64,000 nucleotides of DNA from an uncultured Alphaproteobacteria bacterium (GCA_963778745.1 CAVZVP010000007.1:75150-139149), one strand, 5' to 3'. Shown: positions 19,275 to 28,920, numbered from the stretch's first letter. Program-made: numbers and translations. Notes: a model not told the origin generated them from the sequence alone.

Positions 19275-20429
19275 ATGACGCGACCGTTCGAAGGAATCCG
19301 GGTGATCGACGTCACCCATGTGCTGGCAGGGCCGTTCGCCGCCTATCAGCTCGCCGTGCTTGGCGCCGACGTGATCAAGGTTGAGCACCCCAACGACCCC
19401 GACCAGAGCCGCGGCGCCGGCACCGACAAAGAACTCAATCGCCGCAACATGGGCACGGCGTTTCTGACGCAAGGCTCCAACAAGCGCTCGATCACGCTCG
19501 ACCTGAAGCAGGAGAAGGATCGCGCTATTCTGAAGAAGCTGGTCTTAACCGCCGACGTGTTTGTGGAGAACTACCGGCCCGGCGCATTCGAGGCGCTTGG
19601 CCTCGGCTACGAAGCGCTGGCCGCGATCAATCCGCGGCTGATCTATGCTTCGTTTTCGGCCTTCGGCCAGAGCGGGCCACGCGGCCCGCAGACCGCCTAT
19701 GACCACGTGATCCAAGCCACCTCCGGCATCATGGCGATGACCGGGACGAAAGAAGTCAACCCGATCAAATTCGGTTCGCCGGCGATCGACTACGCCACCG
19801 GCATGACGGGTGCGTTTGCATTGTCGGCCGCGCTGTTCCAGCGCGAGCGCACCGGCAAGGGCCAGCGCATCGATATGGCCATGCTCGACGTGGCGATGAT
19901 CCTGATGAGCTCGCACCTCACCGGCTATCTGCGCAACGGCGTGCATCCGAAGCCGCACGGCAACCGCCATCCGCACGCCACCAACGGCGCGTTCGCCACC
20001 AAAGACGGCTTAGTCATGCTGGGCGCCAGCAATCTGCGTCAGCAGGCCCGGCTTTGGAAGCTGTTGGGGCGGCCCGACATGGTCAAGAAGACCATCGACG
20101 AACGCGATGCCGACCACGCCCGCGAGATCGCGGTGCTGGAGAAGATCATGCTCACCCGCAGCGCCGATGAATGGGAAGTTTTCCTGCAAGCCAACCACGT
20201 GCCGGCCGCGCGCGTGCGCAGCATGGGCGAGGCAATCGCCGATCCGCAAATCGCGAGTCGCGGTGTCATCCATCGCCACGCTGGCGGCGCCGGCATCGAG
20301 GGCGGCTTCGGCGTGCCGCTTGCCGCCTTCACCTTCGCGCACGGCGGTCCGCAAATCGATACGCCGCCACCCACGCTTGGCCAACACAATGACGAGATTT
20401 TCAAAGAGCTCGAGCGCGGCCGGAATTGA
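19275..20429 (+). CDS. type III (CaiB/BaiF family) CoA-transferase
   Basis: 384 aa; GIRVIDVTHVLAGPFAAYQLAVLGADVIKVE is the family N-terminal signature. Confidence 0.9.
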   Translation: MTRPFEGIRVIDVTHVLAGPFAAYQLAVLGADVIKVEHPNDPDQSRGAGTDKELNRRNMGTAFLTQGSNKRSITLDLKQEKDRAILKKLVLTADVFVENYRPGAFEALGLGYEALAAINPRLIYASFSAFGQSGPRGPQTAYDHVIQATSGIMAMTGTKEVNPIKFGSPAIDYATGMTGAFALSAALFQRERTGKGQRIDMAMLDVAMILMSSHLTGYLRNGVHPKPHGNRHPHATNGAFATKDGLVMLGASNLRQQARLWKLLGRPDMVKKTIDERDADHAREIAVLEKIMLTRSADEWEVFLQANHVPAARVRSMGEAIADPQIASRGVIHRHAGGAGIEGGFGVPLAAFTFAHGGPQIDTPPPTLGQHNDEIFKELERGRN

Positions 20430-20487
20430 GCGAGGAACTTTCCGTCCGGCGATCGCGTTGACACACGTGTGACCATTGATAGAATTT

Positions 20488-20895
20488 TGGAGATCGTGTG
20501 CGTGACGTGCTGCGAGGACAGATCGATCACCTTGACCGAGCTGTCGCCGTCTCCCCAGACTTCATGATGGCTGACGGTCAGCACGCCGTCGGGGCACGAG
20601 GTGTCGTTGTTACCGGTAAAACCGACGAATCCACCCGTGAGTTGCGTCAAGGCCGTATTCGTCGTGGTGTCGATAAGGTCGACAGTTTTATTGGTGTGGT
20701 CGCCGAGGATGTAAATTCCGATGACGGGATCGACAAAGCTGATTTCGAAAGATTGGATTTTCTGACCGCCCGGCAGGGAGATAACCGCTACCGGCGCGAA
20801 TGTTTCGTCGACAGCCCCCACGGGGGCGTCGCAACGCCAAACAACGCTGAGGGTACAGCAAGGGTAAGATAGACGAGCAGCCGAGAGCAGTTCAT
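20488..20895 (-). pseudogene. beta-propeller (YVTN/YncE-like) protein remnant: frameshifted and 3'-truncated
   Basis: ATG 20895 after GGAGG encodes signal peptide MNCSRLLVYLTLAVPSALFGVATPP. Frame slips 1 nt at the C5/G5 run (20815-20826) into VGAVDETF...KVIDLSSQHVTHTIS. It then reads without a stop into the antisense of the CoA-transferase gene. Confidence 0.55.
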
Positions 20896-21043
20896 TGCTT
20901 CCTCCGTGTTGCCATTACCCCCCGGCTCAACGGAGCGCTCGAATGCTATTCGGCTACGGGCCGCCGATCAACTCGAAGTCGAATCGCGGTTTTTGAATAA
21001 AAACTCCGTAACATTGCGATTTCGCGCTTGGAACAAAAAACCG

Positions 21044-21164
21044 TCACTTCGCGTTTGCGCCCGATTTTTTCACCAGCGCGGACGTGCACGTCATCGGAAT
21101 TCAGCGCCGCGTTGAGCTTGCCGACGATCAGACGCGGCGTACCGGCCAGCACTGACGCCAACAT
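21044..21164 (-). pseudogene. Bug/TctC-family gene remnant (C-terminal about 40 codons with internal deletion)
   Basis: AGTPRLIVGKLNAALNS and, in another frame, ALVKKSGANAK-stop. 32 nt (21048-21079) match the 3' end of the intact Bug gene (25377-25408) with 1 mismatch. Confidence 0.55.
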
Positions 21165-22087
21165 CAGGCGTTCCAGAGTGCGCGGAACTCCGTCGCCACG
21201 ACTTTTTCGTAGGGCACATCCCCGCCGAGGATACCGACGTCGCGGGCGAACCGGTTCATGCCGGCGACGAAACTTTCCGAGATCGCTGCGTCGTAATACG
21301 GCAGGTCGCGGTGGATCAACTCGACGATCAGCTCCGCCTCGGCCGGTGGAAACAGCTTGCAGCCGACCTCGGCTGCGAGTGTGACGTTTTTCTTGAGCGC
21401 GTTCTGCGTCTTGACGATGGCGCGCACCGCCGCGGCCGCGATCTCGGGCGATTTGTCGATCAAGCGCTGCGTGGCCGCGATCGACGCCATGGTGTAGTCG
21501 AAACACCCTTGCGGCCCGTCGCCGCGGCGCACGTCGAGCACGACCGTTCCGACGCTGCGGCGAACCGCCACTTCGGCACCCATGCCATTGGCCCAAAAGC
21601 CGTCGATCTTTCGTTCCTCCAGCGCCTTTGCCGCGGTCAGGCCGAAATTCACGCCAGCGCCGATCGCGCCCGGGACCGGCGCGATCTTGACCCCGTCGCG
21701 CTCAAGATCGATGCCGGCCGCAATCAGCAGACGACGCAGCCCCATCTCTACCCAGGGCGCGGCGCCGATGCTTTTGCCCTTGACCACGCCGACATCGCCG
21801 CGCTGGGCGGCAAAATCATTATGCATGACCAGAAACCAGTACATGCCCTGCGCCTGCGCGCAGATCAGCTTGACGCCGTCCCATTGCGGGAAAGCGGCCA
21901 GCGCCGAATGGGCCGACCCGCCGATGAAATCCACCGCCCCGTCGCGCAAGGCCATGTAGGCCTTGTCGATTGGGAAAATCATCTCCAGCGTGACGTCGAG
22001 GCCCTCATCGCGAAAGAATCCGAGGTCGACCGCGGCCTCCGCCGGAAAATAAGAATTCGAGATCATGTCCGGCACGGCGATTTTCAT
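21164..22087 (-). CDS. NMT1/THI5-like (NitT/TauT-type binding fold) protein, no signal peptide
   Basis: 307 aa; begins MKIAVPDMISNSYFPAEAA with no leader; overlaps the FAD monooxygenase gene by 4 nt. Confidence 0.65.
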   Translation of the reverse strand: MKIAVPDMISNSYFPAEAAVDLGFFRDEGLDVTLEMIFPIDKAYMALRDGAVDFIGGSAHSALAAFPQWDGVKLICAQAQGMYWFLVMHNDFAAQRGDVGVVKGKSIGAAPWVEMGLRRLLIAAGIDLERDGVKIAPVPGAIGAGVNFGLTAAKALEERKIDGFWANGMGAEVAVRRSVGTVVLDVRRGDGPQGCFDYTMASIAATQRLIDKSPEIAAAAVRAIVKTQNALKKNVTLAAEVGCKLFPPAEAELIVELIHRDLPYYDAAISESFVAGMNRFARDVGILGGDVPYEKVVATEFRALWNA

Positions 22088-23316
22088 GACGCACTCTCAA
22101 GCGTCATCGCCGCGACGCGCCGCTGGCTCGCCAGCATCGACGTGCGCATCAGGAATTGCCGGGCGCGCGCCGGATCCACCGCGATCTCGCGCAATTCGCC
22201 GAGATTGCGCCGGCGCGCTTCCGGCTCGTATGCCTCGAGGCGCTTCTTGTTGGCGATCGATTGCTCCTGCACGATTTCGACAGCGACGGTACGGCGCTGG
22301 CGGCTGTAGAGATCGAGTAACTCGTCAGGCGCGCCGTCGAGAATGACCTGCGCGAGCTTTTCCGCCAGATTGGCCGCATCCTGGATGCCGCCATTGAGGC
22401 CCATGCCGCCGATCGGATTATTGACGTGAGCGGCGTCGCCGGCCAGCAGCACGCGGCCTTTGCGGAACGTCTCAGCGACGCGCTGGTGCGTCACGTAAAG
22501 ATTGTGATGCACGATATCGTAAGCGCGCGGCGACGGGAAAAACGATTGCATGCGCGCCTGCACACCGGCATCACTCATGACGTCGGCTTCCGACTGCTCG
22601 GACCCGGCGGGGAATACCGTGCGCCACAGACCGGGCGGACCGTCGGCGGACACCTTGAAGCAATTGCACCAGGCGCCGCGATCGGCAAAATAGCTGCGGT
22701 AGCAAAGCCCGAATTCGGCCTCGAAATCGTATGGCGTCGTCAATACAAGGAAGCGCTCCGGCCAGGTAAAGCCCTCGAATGGAATGTCGCACTGCTTGCG
22801 CACAATGCTGCGGCCGCCGTCGGCGCCAATGAGATAGCGGCCCTCATGCGTCTTAACTCCCTCGGGTCCGCGCACCTCGACTGTGACCGAGCCCTCGGTC
22901 TGCGTCACGTCAACGACCTCATGGCCGAACAGCACCTCGACATTCGGGAGTTTTCGGATCCGATCGAGGATCAGCTTGGCGGTCTTGAACTGCTCACATT
23001 GAACGACATACGGATAACGCGTGTCGTCCTTGAGCAGCGCGTGATCGAATTGCGCCACCAGTTCGTTGCTCGGCCGGTCCCAGAACTGGAAGATCGGCGC
23101 CACCAGTCCGACCCGCGCCATGTCCTCCGCAAGCCCATCCACGGCGAGAAGTTCAAGCGTCGCCGGATGAGTGGTCGCGGCGCGCGGATCGGCCTGCGGC
23201 CCGGCATTGTCGTCGAACAGACGCACGCGCAAACCGCGCCGGCCAAGCAGCCAGGCGCATAGCAATCCGACCGGGCCGCCGCCCGCAATAAGAACCGGGT
23301 CGCTGTCTTCGTCCAT
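22084..23316 (-). CDS. FAD-dependent aromatic-ring-type monooxygenase
   Basis: 410 aa; VLIAGGGPVGLLCAWLLGRRGLRVRLFD (GxGxxG) and LLAGDAAHVNNPIGGMGLNGGIQDAANL. Confidence 0.85.
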   Translation of the reverse strand: MDEDSDPVLIAGGGPVGLLCAWLLGRRGLRVRLFDDNAGPQADPRAATTHPATLELLAVDGLAEDMARVGLVAPIFQFWDRPSNELVAQFDHALLKDDTRYPYVVQCEQFKTAKLILDRIRKLPNVEVLFGHEVVDVTQTEGSVTVEVRGPEGVKTHEGRYLIGADGGRSIVRKQCDIPFEGFTWPERFLVLTTPYDFEAEFGLCYRSYFADRGAWCNCFKVSADGPPGLWRTVFPAGSEQSEADVMSDAGVQARMQSFFPSPRAYDIVHHNLYVTHQRVAETFRKGRVLLAGDAAHVNNPIGGMGLNGGIQDAANLAEKLAQVILDGAPDELLDLYSRQRRTVAVEIVQEQSIANKKRLEAYEPEARRRNLGELREIAVDPARARQFLMRTSMLASQRRVAAMTLESAS

Positions 23317-23415
23317 ACCTCGAAACCCTTACTCGAACGAGGAATTTAGATCAGCCTTCGATCCTAGCGTAAGATGAATTGCGTTCGAGCAGCAGCCCAT
23401 TTTTAGGGGTCGTAC

Positions 23416-24381
23416 ATGCGCAACCGAGCGGCTCTAGTCTTTGCCATAACATTGGCCGCCCTCGCCTCCATAACGGCCAGCCGCGCCGACGAGTGGCCAA
23501 ACAGACCCATACGCGCGATCATTCCATTGAGCCCGGGAAGCGCAGCCGATGTCATTCCAAGAATTGTTTTCGAAGAATTGTCGGCTCAGCTCGGCCAGCC
23601 GATCATTGTCGAAAACAAGCCGGGCGCAAGCGGCACGATCGCCGCGCGTGCCGTCGCCATGGCGGATCCCGACGGCTATACGCTGCTGGCGCATTCCTCG
23701 GCTCACATCATCGCGCCTTCTACGGTGGCGAATTTGCCGTACGATCCGATCGAGGATTTTGCCGCGGTCGCGCCGCTTGGAAATTTGCCCAATGTGCTCG
23801 TCATTTCGCCGTCGAAAAATATCAAAACCGTACAAGAGCTCGTCGCCCTTGGAAAAACCCGGCCCATCACGTTCGGCTCGATTGGAGTCGGCAGCCCTAT
23901 CCACCTGACGATGGAGCGTTTTCGACTAAGCGCCGGCTTCAAGACGGAAGCGATCACATTCAAGGGCGCCCCGGAAGCCATGGTCGAGGTCATGACCGGC
24001 CGTGTCGATGTGTACTATGCGCCGGTTCTGGCGGCACTGCCGCTCATCAAGGACGGCAAAGTTCTGCCGTTGGCCGTCAGCAGCCCGACACGCGCGCCCA
24101 CGCTTCCCGACGTGCCGACGACACTTGAATCCGGCTTCCCAAATTCCGCGTACCGGTTCTGGATCGGCGTGTTTGCCCCCGCCAAGACGCCGCCTAATAT
24201 CGTCAACAAGTTGAATGCAGAAATTCAAAAGGCGCTGCAAACGCCCGCCGTCCGCGAAAAGCTCGCCAAGCTCGGCGTGCAACCCATGGCGATGAATGCC
24301 GGTGCGTTCGACAAGTTCGTGAAAGAGGAACTCGAGATCAATGCGGAACTTGCCAAAGCCGCAGGGATCTCGGCGCGCTGA
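23416..24381 (+). CDS. Bug family tripartite tricarboxylate transporter substrate-binding protein (TctC-like)
   Basis: 321 aa; signal peptide, WPNRPIRAIIPLSPGSAADV, ENKPGASGTIA, FGSIGVGSPIHL. Confidence 0.85.
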   Translation: MRNRAALVFAITLAALASITASRADEWPNRPIRAIIPLSPGSAADVIPRIVFEELSAQLGQPIIVENKPGASGTIAARAVAMADPDGYTLLAHSSAHIIAPSTVANLPYDPIEDFAAVAPLGNLPNVLVISPSKNIKTVQELVALGKTRPITFGSIGVGSPIHLTMERFRLSAGFKTEAITFKGAPEAMVEVMTGRVDVYYAPVLAALPLIKDGKVLPLAVSSPTRAPTLPDVPTTLESGFPNSAYRFWIGVFAPAKTPPNIVNKLNAEIQKALQTPAVREKLAKLGVQPMAMNAGAFDKFVKEELEINAELAKAAGISAR

Positions 24382-24455
24382 CGTTGCAACCTTAGGACTT
24401 CCGGGGCGGCCGGCGAATTGATATCATTGCACTTCGCGGCTGTGACCTTAGCGAC

Positions 24456-25343
24456 ATGAAGGACACCATTCCGATGGCCCAGGACAAGCCCCTCGTCAGG
24501 ATTGCGCCGAACAACCCGGTATTCGACCTCCCCGTCATCGTCGGCATCGAGGAAAAATTGTTCGATAAAGCCGGGCTCGACGTTCGCTTTATCGCAAGCT
24601 ACGCGGACCGCGAAAAGGACAGCGTCGAATTTCCGGTCATGGCGCGCATGAAGGAGCAGATGTTCGATTGCGGCTCGGCTGACAGCTATAATGTCTGCGA
24701 ATGGGCTAGCATTGACCGGCTGGAGAAAGGCAAGCGCGGCGGCAATATCGCGGCGTTGCGCGCTTCGGTGGCGGCGCAGGCGATCATCACCTTCGATGAG
24801 ATGCTACAAGTGCCGCGCGATCTTGCCGACATCCCGGTCGTGGTACAGGAGTTGACCGGGTCGCATTACACTACGCTGCAGATGCTTGAGAGCGCCGTCG
24901 GCGCCAAACATGTCAACATCGCACGCGGCGGCTTGCCGCAGAAGCGCTACGCGGGACTCAAAGATGGGACCTATCGCGTCGTCACGGTGATGGAGCCGTT
25001 CATTAGCCTCGGCCTCAAGGATGGCGCGCATATCATCGCGGCGTCATTTTATCGCGGCGGCGAAGTGATCGCCGCCGACCTCAGCGCCGAGCAACGCAAG
25101 GCCTATTACGATGCGGAGAACCTGGCGGTCGATCTCATCAATGCCGATTTCTACAAATACGCCCACCACGTCGCGGCCCATACCAAAGGCGCCTTGCAGC
25201 CGAACGAACTGCTCAAGGCCTTCGTGCGTTACAAGCACGTCGACTACTACGACTCGACGCTGTTCGGTCGGACTTACGATTGGATGAAGGCGCGCGGCCT
25301 CACCGAAGGCCAAAGCGAGCATTCCGCTTTTGTCGTCGGCTAA
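24456..25343 (+). CDS. NMT1/THI5-like binding-fold protein, no signal peptide (distant paralogue of 21164..22087)
   Basis: 295 aa; no leader; alternating beta/alpha pattern of type 2 binding proteins; alternative start ATG 24474. Confidence 0.55.
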   Translation: MKDTIPMAQDKPLVRIAPNNPVFDLPVIVGIEEKLFDKAGLDVRFIASYADREKDSVEFPVMARMKEQMFDCGSADSYNVCEWASIDRLEKGKRGGNIAALRASVAAQAIITFDEMLQVPRDLADIPVVVQELTGSHYTTLQMLESAVGAKHVNIARGGLPQKRYAGLKDGTYRVVTVMEPFISLGLKDGAHIIAASFYRGGEVIAADLSAEQRKAYYDAENLAVDLINADFYKYAHHVAAHTKGALQPNELLKAFVRYKHVDYYDSTLFGRTYDWMKARGLTEGQSEHSAFVVG

Positions 25344-25372
25344 ATTTCGTTGCAAAATATTGAACGAGACGA

Positions 25373-26350
25373 TTAGTTCGCGTTTGCGCCGGATTTTTTC
25401 ACCAGCGCCGACCACTTGGTTTCCTCGCGGTCGATATCGGCGGAGTATTGCTCCGGCGTGGTCGGCAGCGGCTCGGCGCCTTCAGTGGCGATGCGCTTGT
25501 GCACCTCGGCGGACTCCAGCGCCTTGCGCAGCGCGGCGTTGAGCTTGTCGACGATCGGGCGCGGCGTGCCGGCCGGCGCGACAATGCCGTAATGCAAGAC
25601 CGCCTCGAAGCCAGGCAGCCCCTGCTCAGCAACCGTCGGCACGTCGGGGAATATCGGCGAGCGCGACAAGCCGGTGACGCCGAGCGCGCGCAGCTTGCCC
25701 TCCTTGACCAGCCCGATGGCCGGCGGCAGCGAGGAAAAATAGATCGACACATGATTGCCGAGCAGGTCGGTGAGCGCCGGCCCCGAGCCCTTGTAGGGAA
25801 TATGCGTGAGCTCGATGCCGGCATTTTCGGCGAACAGCACGGTGCCCAGGTGAATGCCGCTGCCTTTTCCGGCGGAAGCGTAATTGAGCTTGCCCGGCTG
25901 CGCCTTGGCGAGCGCGATCAGTTCCTGCACGTTGTGCGCGGGCAGTGACGAGTTGACTAAAACGATGAGCGGGCTGGTGGCGATGAGCCCGACCGGCGCG
26001 AAATCCTTACGCGGGTCGTAGCCGACATTCGGATAAAGCGTGGGATCGATGGCAAGCGTGCCGGTGCCGCCGAGCCCGAGCGTGTAGCCGTCGGGCGCGG
26101 ACTTGGCAACCTGGCGGGTGCCGAGCGAGCCGCCGGCGCCGCCATGGTTCTCGATCACGATTTGCTGGCCGAGCACTTTGCCCATGGGTTCGGCCACCCC
26201 GCGGGCCAACACGTCGTTGCCGCCGCCCGGGGCATAGGGAACGATCAGTGTGATCGGGCGATTGGGATAGTCGATCGCCTGCGCGCTCGCCGTGAGCGGC
26301 CAGGTCGCGGCCGCGCCGCCGAGAAGCGTTAAGACATCGCGCCGTCGCAT
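25373..26350 (-). CDS. Bug family tripartite tricarboxylate transporter substrate-binding protein (TctC-like)
   Basis: 325 aa; Tat/Sec-like leader MRRRDVLTLLGGAAATWPLTASAQA, YPNRPITLIVPYAPGGGNDV, ENHGGAGGSLG. Confidence 0.85.
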   Translation of the reverse strand: MRRRDVLTLLGGAAATWPLTASAQAIDYPNRPITLIVPYAPGGGNDVLARGVAEPMGKVLGQQIVIENHGGAGGSLGTRQVAKSAPDGYTLGLGGTGTLAIDPTLYPNVGYDPRKDFAPVGLIATSPLIVLVNSSLPAHNVQELIALAKAQPGKLNYASAGKGSGIHLGTVLFAENAGIELTHIPYKGSGPALTDLLGNHVSIYFSSLPPAIGLVKEGKLRALGVTGLSRSPIFPDVPTVAEQGLPGFEAVLHYGIVAPAGTPRPIVDKLNAALRKALESAEVHKRIATEGAEPLPTTPEQYSADIDREETKWSALVKKSGANAN

Positions 26351-26365
26351 CGCCCCCTCCCCTGG

Positions 26366-27262
26366 TTATTTCGCTGCGATCGCCTCCGCGATCGCCACCG
26401 TGCGGCGCGCCATATCCGCGTGAAGCCGTTCGACCATGCGGCCGTCGATCGAGACCACGCCCTTGCTCTTGTTCTCGGGCAGATCGAAGGCGGCGATCAA
26501 CTTGCGCGCCAGCGCGACCTCCTCCGGCGACGGCGAGAACGCGGTATTGCAGGGCGCGATCTGGTTGGGATGGATCAGCGTCTTGCCGTCGAAGCCGAGC
26601 TCGACGCCCTGCTTGCACTCCGCGACGAAGCCGTCGGCATTGCCGATGTCGTTATAGACGCCGTCGAGAATATCGATGCTGTAGATGCGCGCCGCCGCGA
26701 CGCAGGTCGAAAGCCAGCCCAGCATCGGGGCGCGGCCGGGTACCAGGCACGCGCGGGTGTCCTTGGCGAGATCGTTGGTGCCCATTACGAAGCCGGACAG
26801 GCGCGATTCGGAATCCTTCGCCTCAGCGGCGATCGACAGGATGTTGAAGATGGCGAGCGGCGTCTCGATCATCGCCCATATCCGCGTCTTATGATCGGTG
26901 CCCATGTCGAGCAGGCGGCGGCCGATCATCTCAAGCATTTCCGGGTTCGATATTTTCGGCACCAATATGGCGTCGGGCGCGGCATGGGCGGCGGCGGCCA
27001 AGTCATCGGCATGCCAGGGCGTATCGACGCCGTTGACGCGGATAAAGACTTCGCGCGTGCCGAAGCCGCCGGCCTTGACCGTATCGACGACCTGCGCCCG
27101 CGCGGCTTCCTTGGCGTCGGGCGCCACCGAATCCTCGAGGTCGAGAATGACGCCGTCGGCGGACAGCGTTTTGGCTTTTTCCAGGGCGCGGGCGTTGGAG
27201 CCCGGCATATAGAGCAGACTGCGGCGCGGACGGATGGTCATGCCGCCAACTCTATCGGCCAT
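26366..27262 (-). CDS. HpcH/HpaI-CitE family CoA-ester lyase (malyl-/citramalyl-CoA lyase-like)
   Basis: RRSLLYMPGSNARALEKAKTLSADGVILDLEDSVAP is the CitE-like N-terminal signature; alternative start 27241. Confidence 0.85.
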   Translation of the reverse strand: MADRVGGMTIRPRRSLLYMPGSNARALEKAKTLSADGVILDLEDSVAPDAKEAARAQVVDTVKAGGFGTREVFIRVNGVDTPWHADDLAAAAHAAPDAILVPKISNPEMLEMIGRRLLDMGTDHKTRIWAMIETPLAIFNILSIAAEAKDSESRLSGFVMGTNDLAKDTRACLVPGRAPMLGWLSTCVAAARIYSIDILDGVYNDIGNADGFVAECKQGVELGFDGKTLIHPNQIAPCNTAFSPSPEEVALARKLIAAFDLPENKSKGVVSIDGRMVERLHADMARRTVAIAEAIAAK

Positions 27263-27309
27263 CGGAAAACTATCAAGCCGTGCGGATGCCCGAACTTAAT
27301 CAGCACCGA

Positions 27310-28920
27310 TTACTTTGCGGCCGCATCTTGCGGCTTGAGGATCTTGTAAAGCTGGAAACGGTCGCCGTCGTCGATCAGCTTCAGCCGCGTGGGATCGGGA
27401 TTGGCCGCTTCGTCCTCGGTGAATAGAACGTAGAGATAATCGAATTTCGGCCAGTTCAGCCAGAAAGCCGGCATCCAGGGCAGCGGCCGGTCAGCCGCCT
27501 GGATGAGCTGCGCTACCGCCGGCGGCGTGCCGTCCCGCCGGTCGGCATAGTCGCGAAATTCCGGACGCACGTGCAGCACCTGCTTGCCGGCCACGGTGAA
27601 CACCGTGGTGACCAGCGCGGAGCGCTCGATGGTGGCGATGCAGGCGGCGTGCACGAGACCAAGGTCATGCACGTCCTCGCCGAGCGCGCGGTCGGCATAG
27701 GCGACGAAGACCTTTGAGCCGCGCGCAATACGGCGCACCGAGGAGCGGAACTCGCTGGTCGAATCCGACAATTGCGACCAGTTGTAGTCGATCTCGATCA
27801 GTCGCGCGGTGACAATAACGATCAGCAAGACCAGGAAAGCCTGCCGCACCAGGCGGTGGCGTAGTTCGAGATCGCCGCAGGCAAACAGCATGAAAGCGAC
27901 GCCGATCGGCACGCGCTGATCGGTCATGTAGGTGTCGAACATGATGCGTGGCAGCGGGAAATACACTGCTGCACCGACCACGATCAACGCAAAGACCAGC
28001 GGATGAAAGCGCATGACATTGCGGCGGACCGCCCACACCATGCTGGCGACCATGACGGCGATGAGTGCGAAGGCGGTGGTGTCGGAATAATTGCTGACGA
28101 CGTACATCAAGCCGTCCATCTTGCCGCGCTGATCCCAATAGGTGAGGCCGACAAGATCCATGGTCGGGCTGGCAATGAGCAGCGGCGCTGTCGCGAGAAA
28201 CGGCAGACCGCTGGCGACGAAATCGACGATGCGACGAGGCCAGGGTTCTCGCCGCCGGTCCCACAGCCGCGATATCTCGAACGCGAGCACGCCGATGCCG
28301 TAAATGCCGAGCGCCGAGAGATGGCAGAAGAACAGCGCAGGGACGCAAGCCATCGACAGCGCGAAGCGCGCGGGCCAGGCGCGCTCGCGCAAGGCGACCC
28401 AGCCGGCCAGCGCCCACAGCGCGATGCCGATGCCGAAAAGGTAGTTCATCAATCCGACCAGGAAGACGTAATTATAGACCAGCGGAATGGCGAACAACGG
28501 GAACACCGACCAGCGGCCGATCAGCGCCCGGTTCAACGCCAAGGTCCCCGAGATGATGAGCGTGAACATCCCGACGATAAACACCTGGCCGGCCAAATAG
28601 ACGTTCATGACGCGCGCCAGCAACGGCACGATCAGGTCCATGGTCAAGTTGGGTATCACCTGCCAATCGACCTCATAGAAACGGGCGAGCTCCGGGTTCT
28701 TCGACAGCGTTCCGATCACATGCATGCGGGCAAGGTGATTGACGTAGTCCGACAGCGGCGGTAGCGGATGCGTCCAAATCGGGATGGAAATGAGCAACAT
28801 GAGCGCCGCGAACAGCACGGCGATTTGTAATGGCGAGAAGCCACGCGCGCGGACACGCGCCCTTGGCAAATGGGAGAAAATTGGCTTGTTCGGCTGGAGC
28901 ATGCGCGGTCTTATTTTCAT
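27310..28920 (-). CDS. polytopic membrane protein with C-terminal soluble domain, function unknown
   Basis: 536-aa ORF; at least 10 hydrophobic segments, then about 170 aa hydrophilic C-terminal domain. Confidence 0.55.
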   Translation of the reverse strand: MKIRPRMLQPNKPIFSHLPRARVRARGFSPLQIAVLFAALMLLISIPIWTHPLPPLSDYVNHLARMHVIGTLSKNPELARFYEVDWQVIPNLTMDLIVPLLARVMNVYLAGQVFIVGMFTLIISGTLALNRALIGRWSVFPLFAIPLVYNYVFLVGLMNYLFGIGIALWALAGWVALRERAWPARFALSMACVPALFFCHLSALGIYGIGVLAFEISRLWDRRREPWPRRIVDFVASGLPFLATAPLLIASPTMDLVGLTYWDQRGKMDGLMYVVSNYSDTTAFALIAVMVASMVWAVRRNVMRFHPLVFALIVVGAAVYFPLPRIMFDTYMTDQRVPIGVAFMLFACGDLELRHRLVRQAFLVLLIVIVTARLIEIDYNWSQLSDSTSEFRSSVRRIARGSKVFVAYADRALGEDVHDLGLVHAACIATIERSALVTTVFTVAGKQVLHVRPEFRDYADRRDGTPPAVAQLIQAADRPLPWMPAFWLNWPKFDYLYVLFTEDEAANPDPTRLKLIDDGDRFQLYKILKPQDAAAK

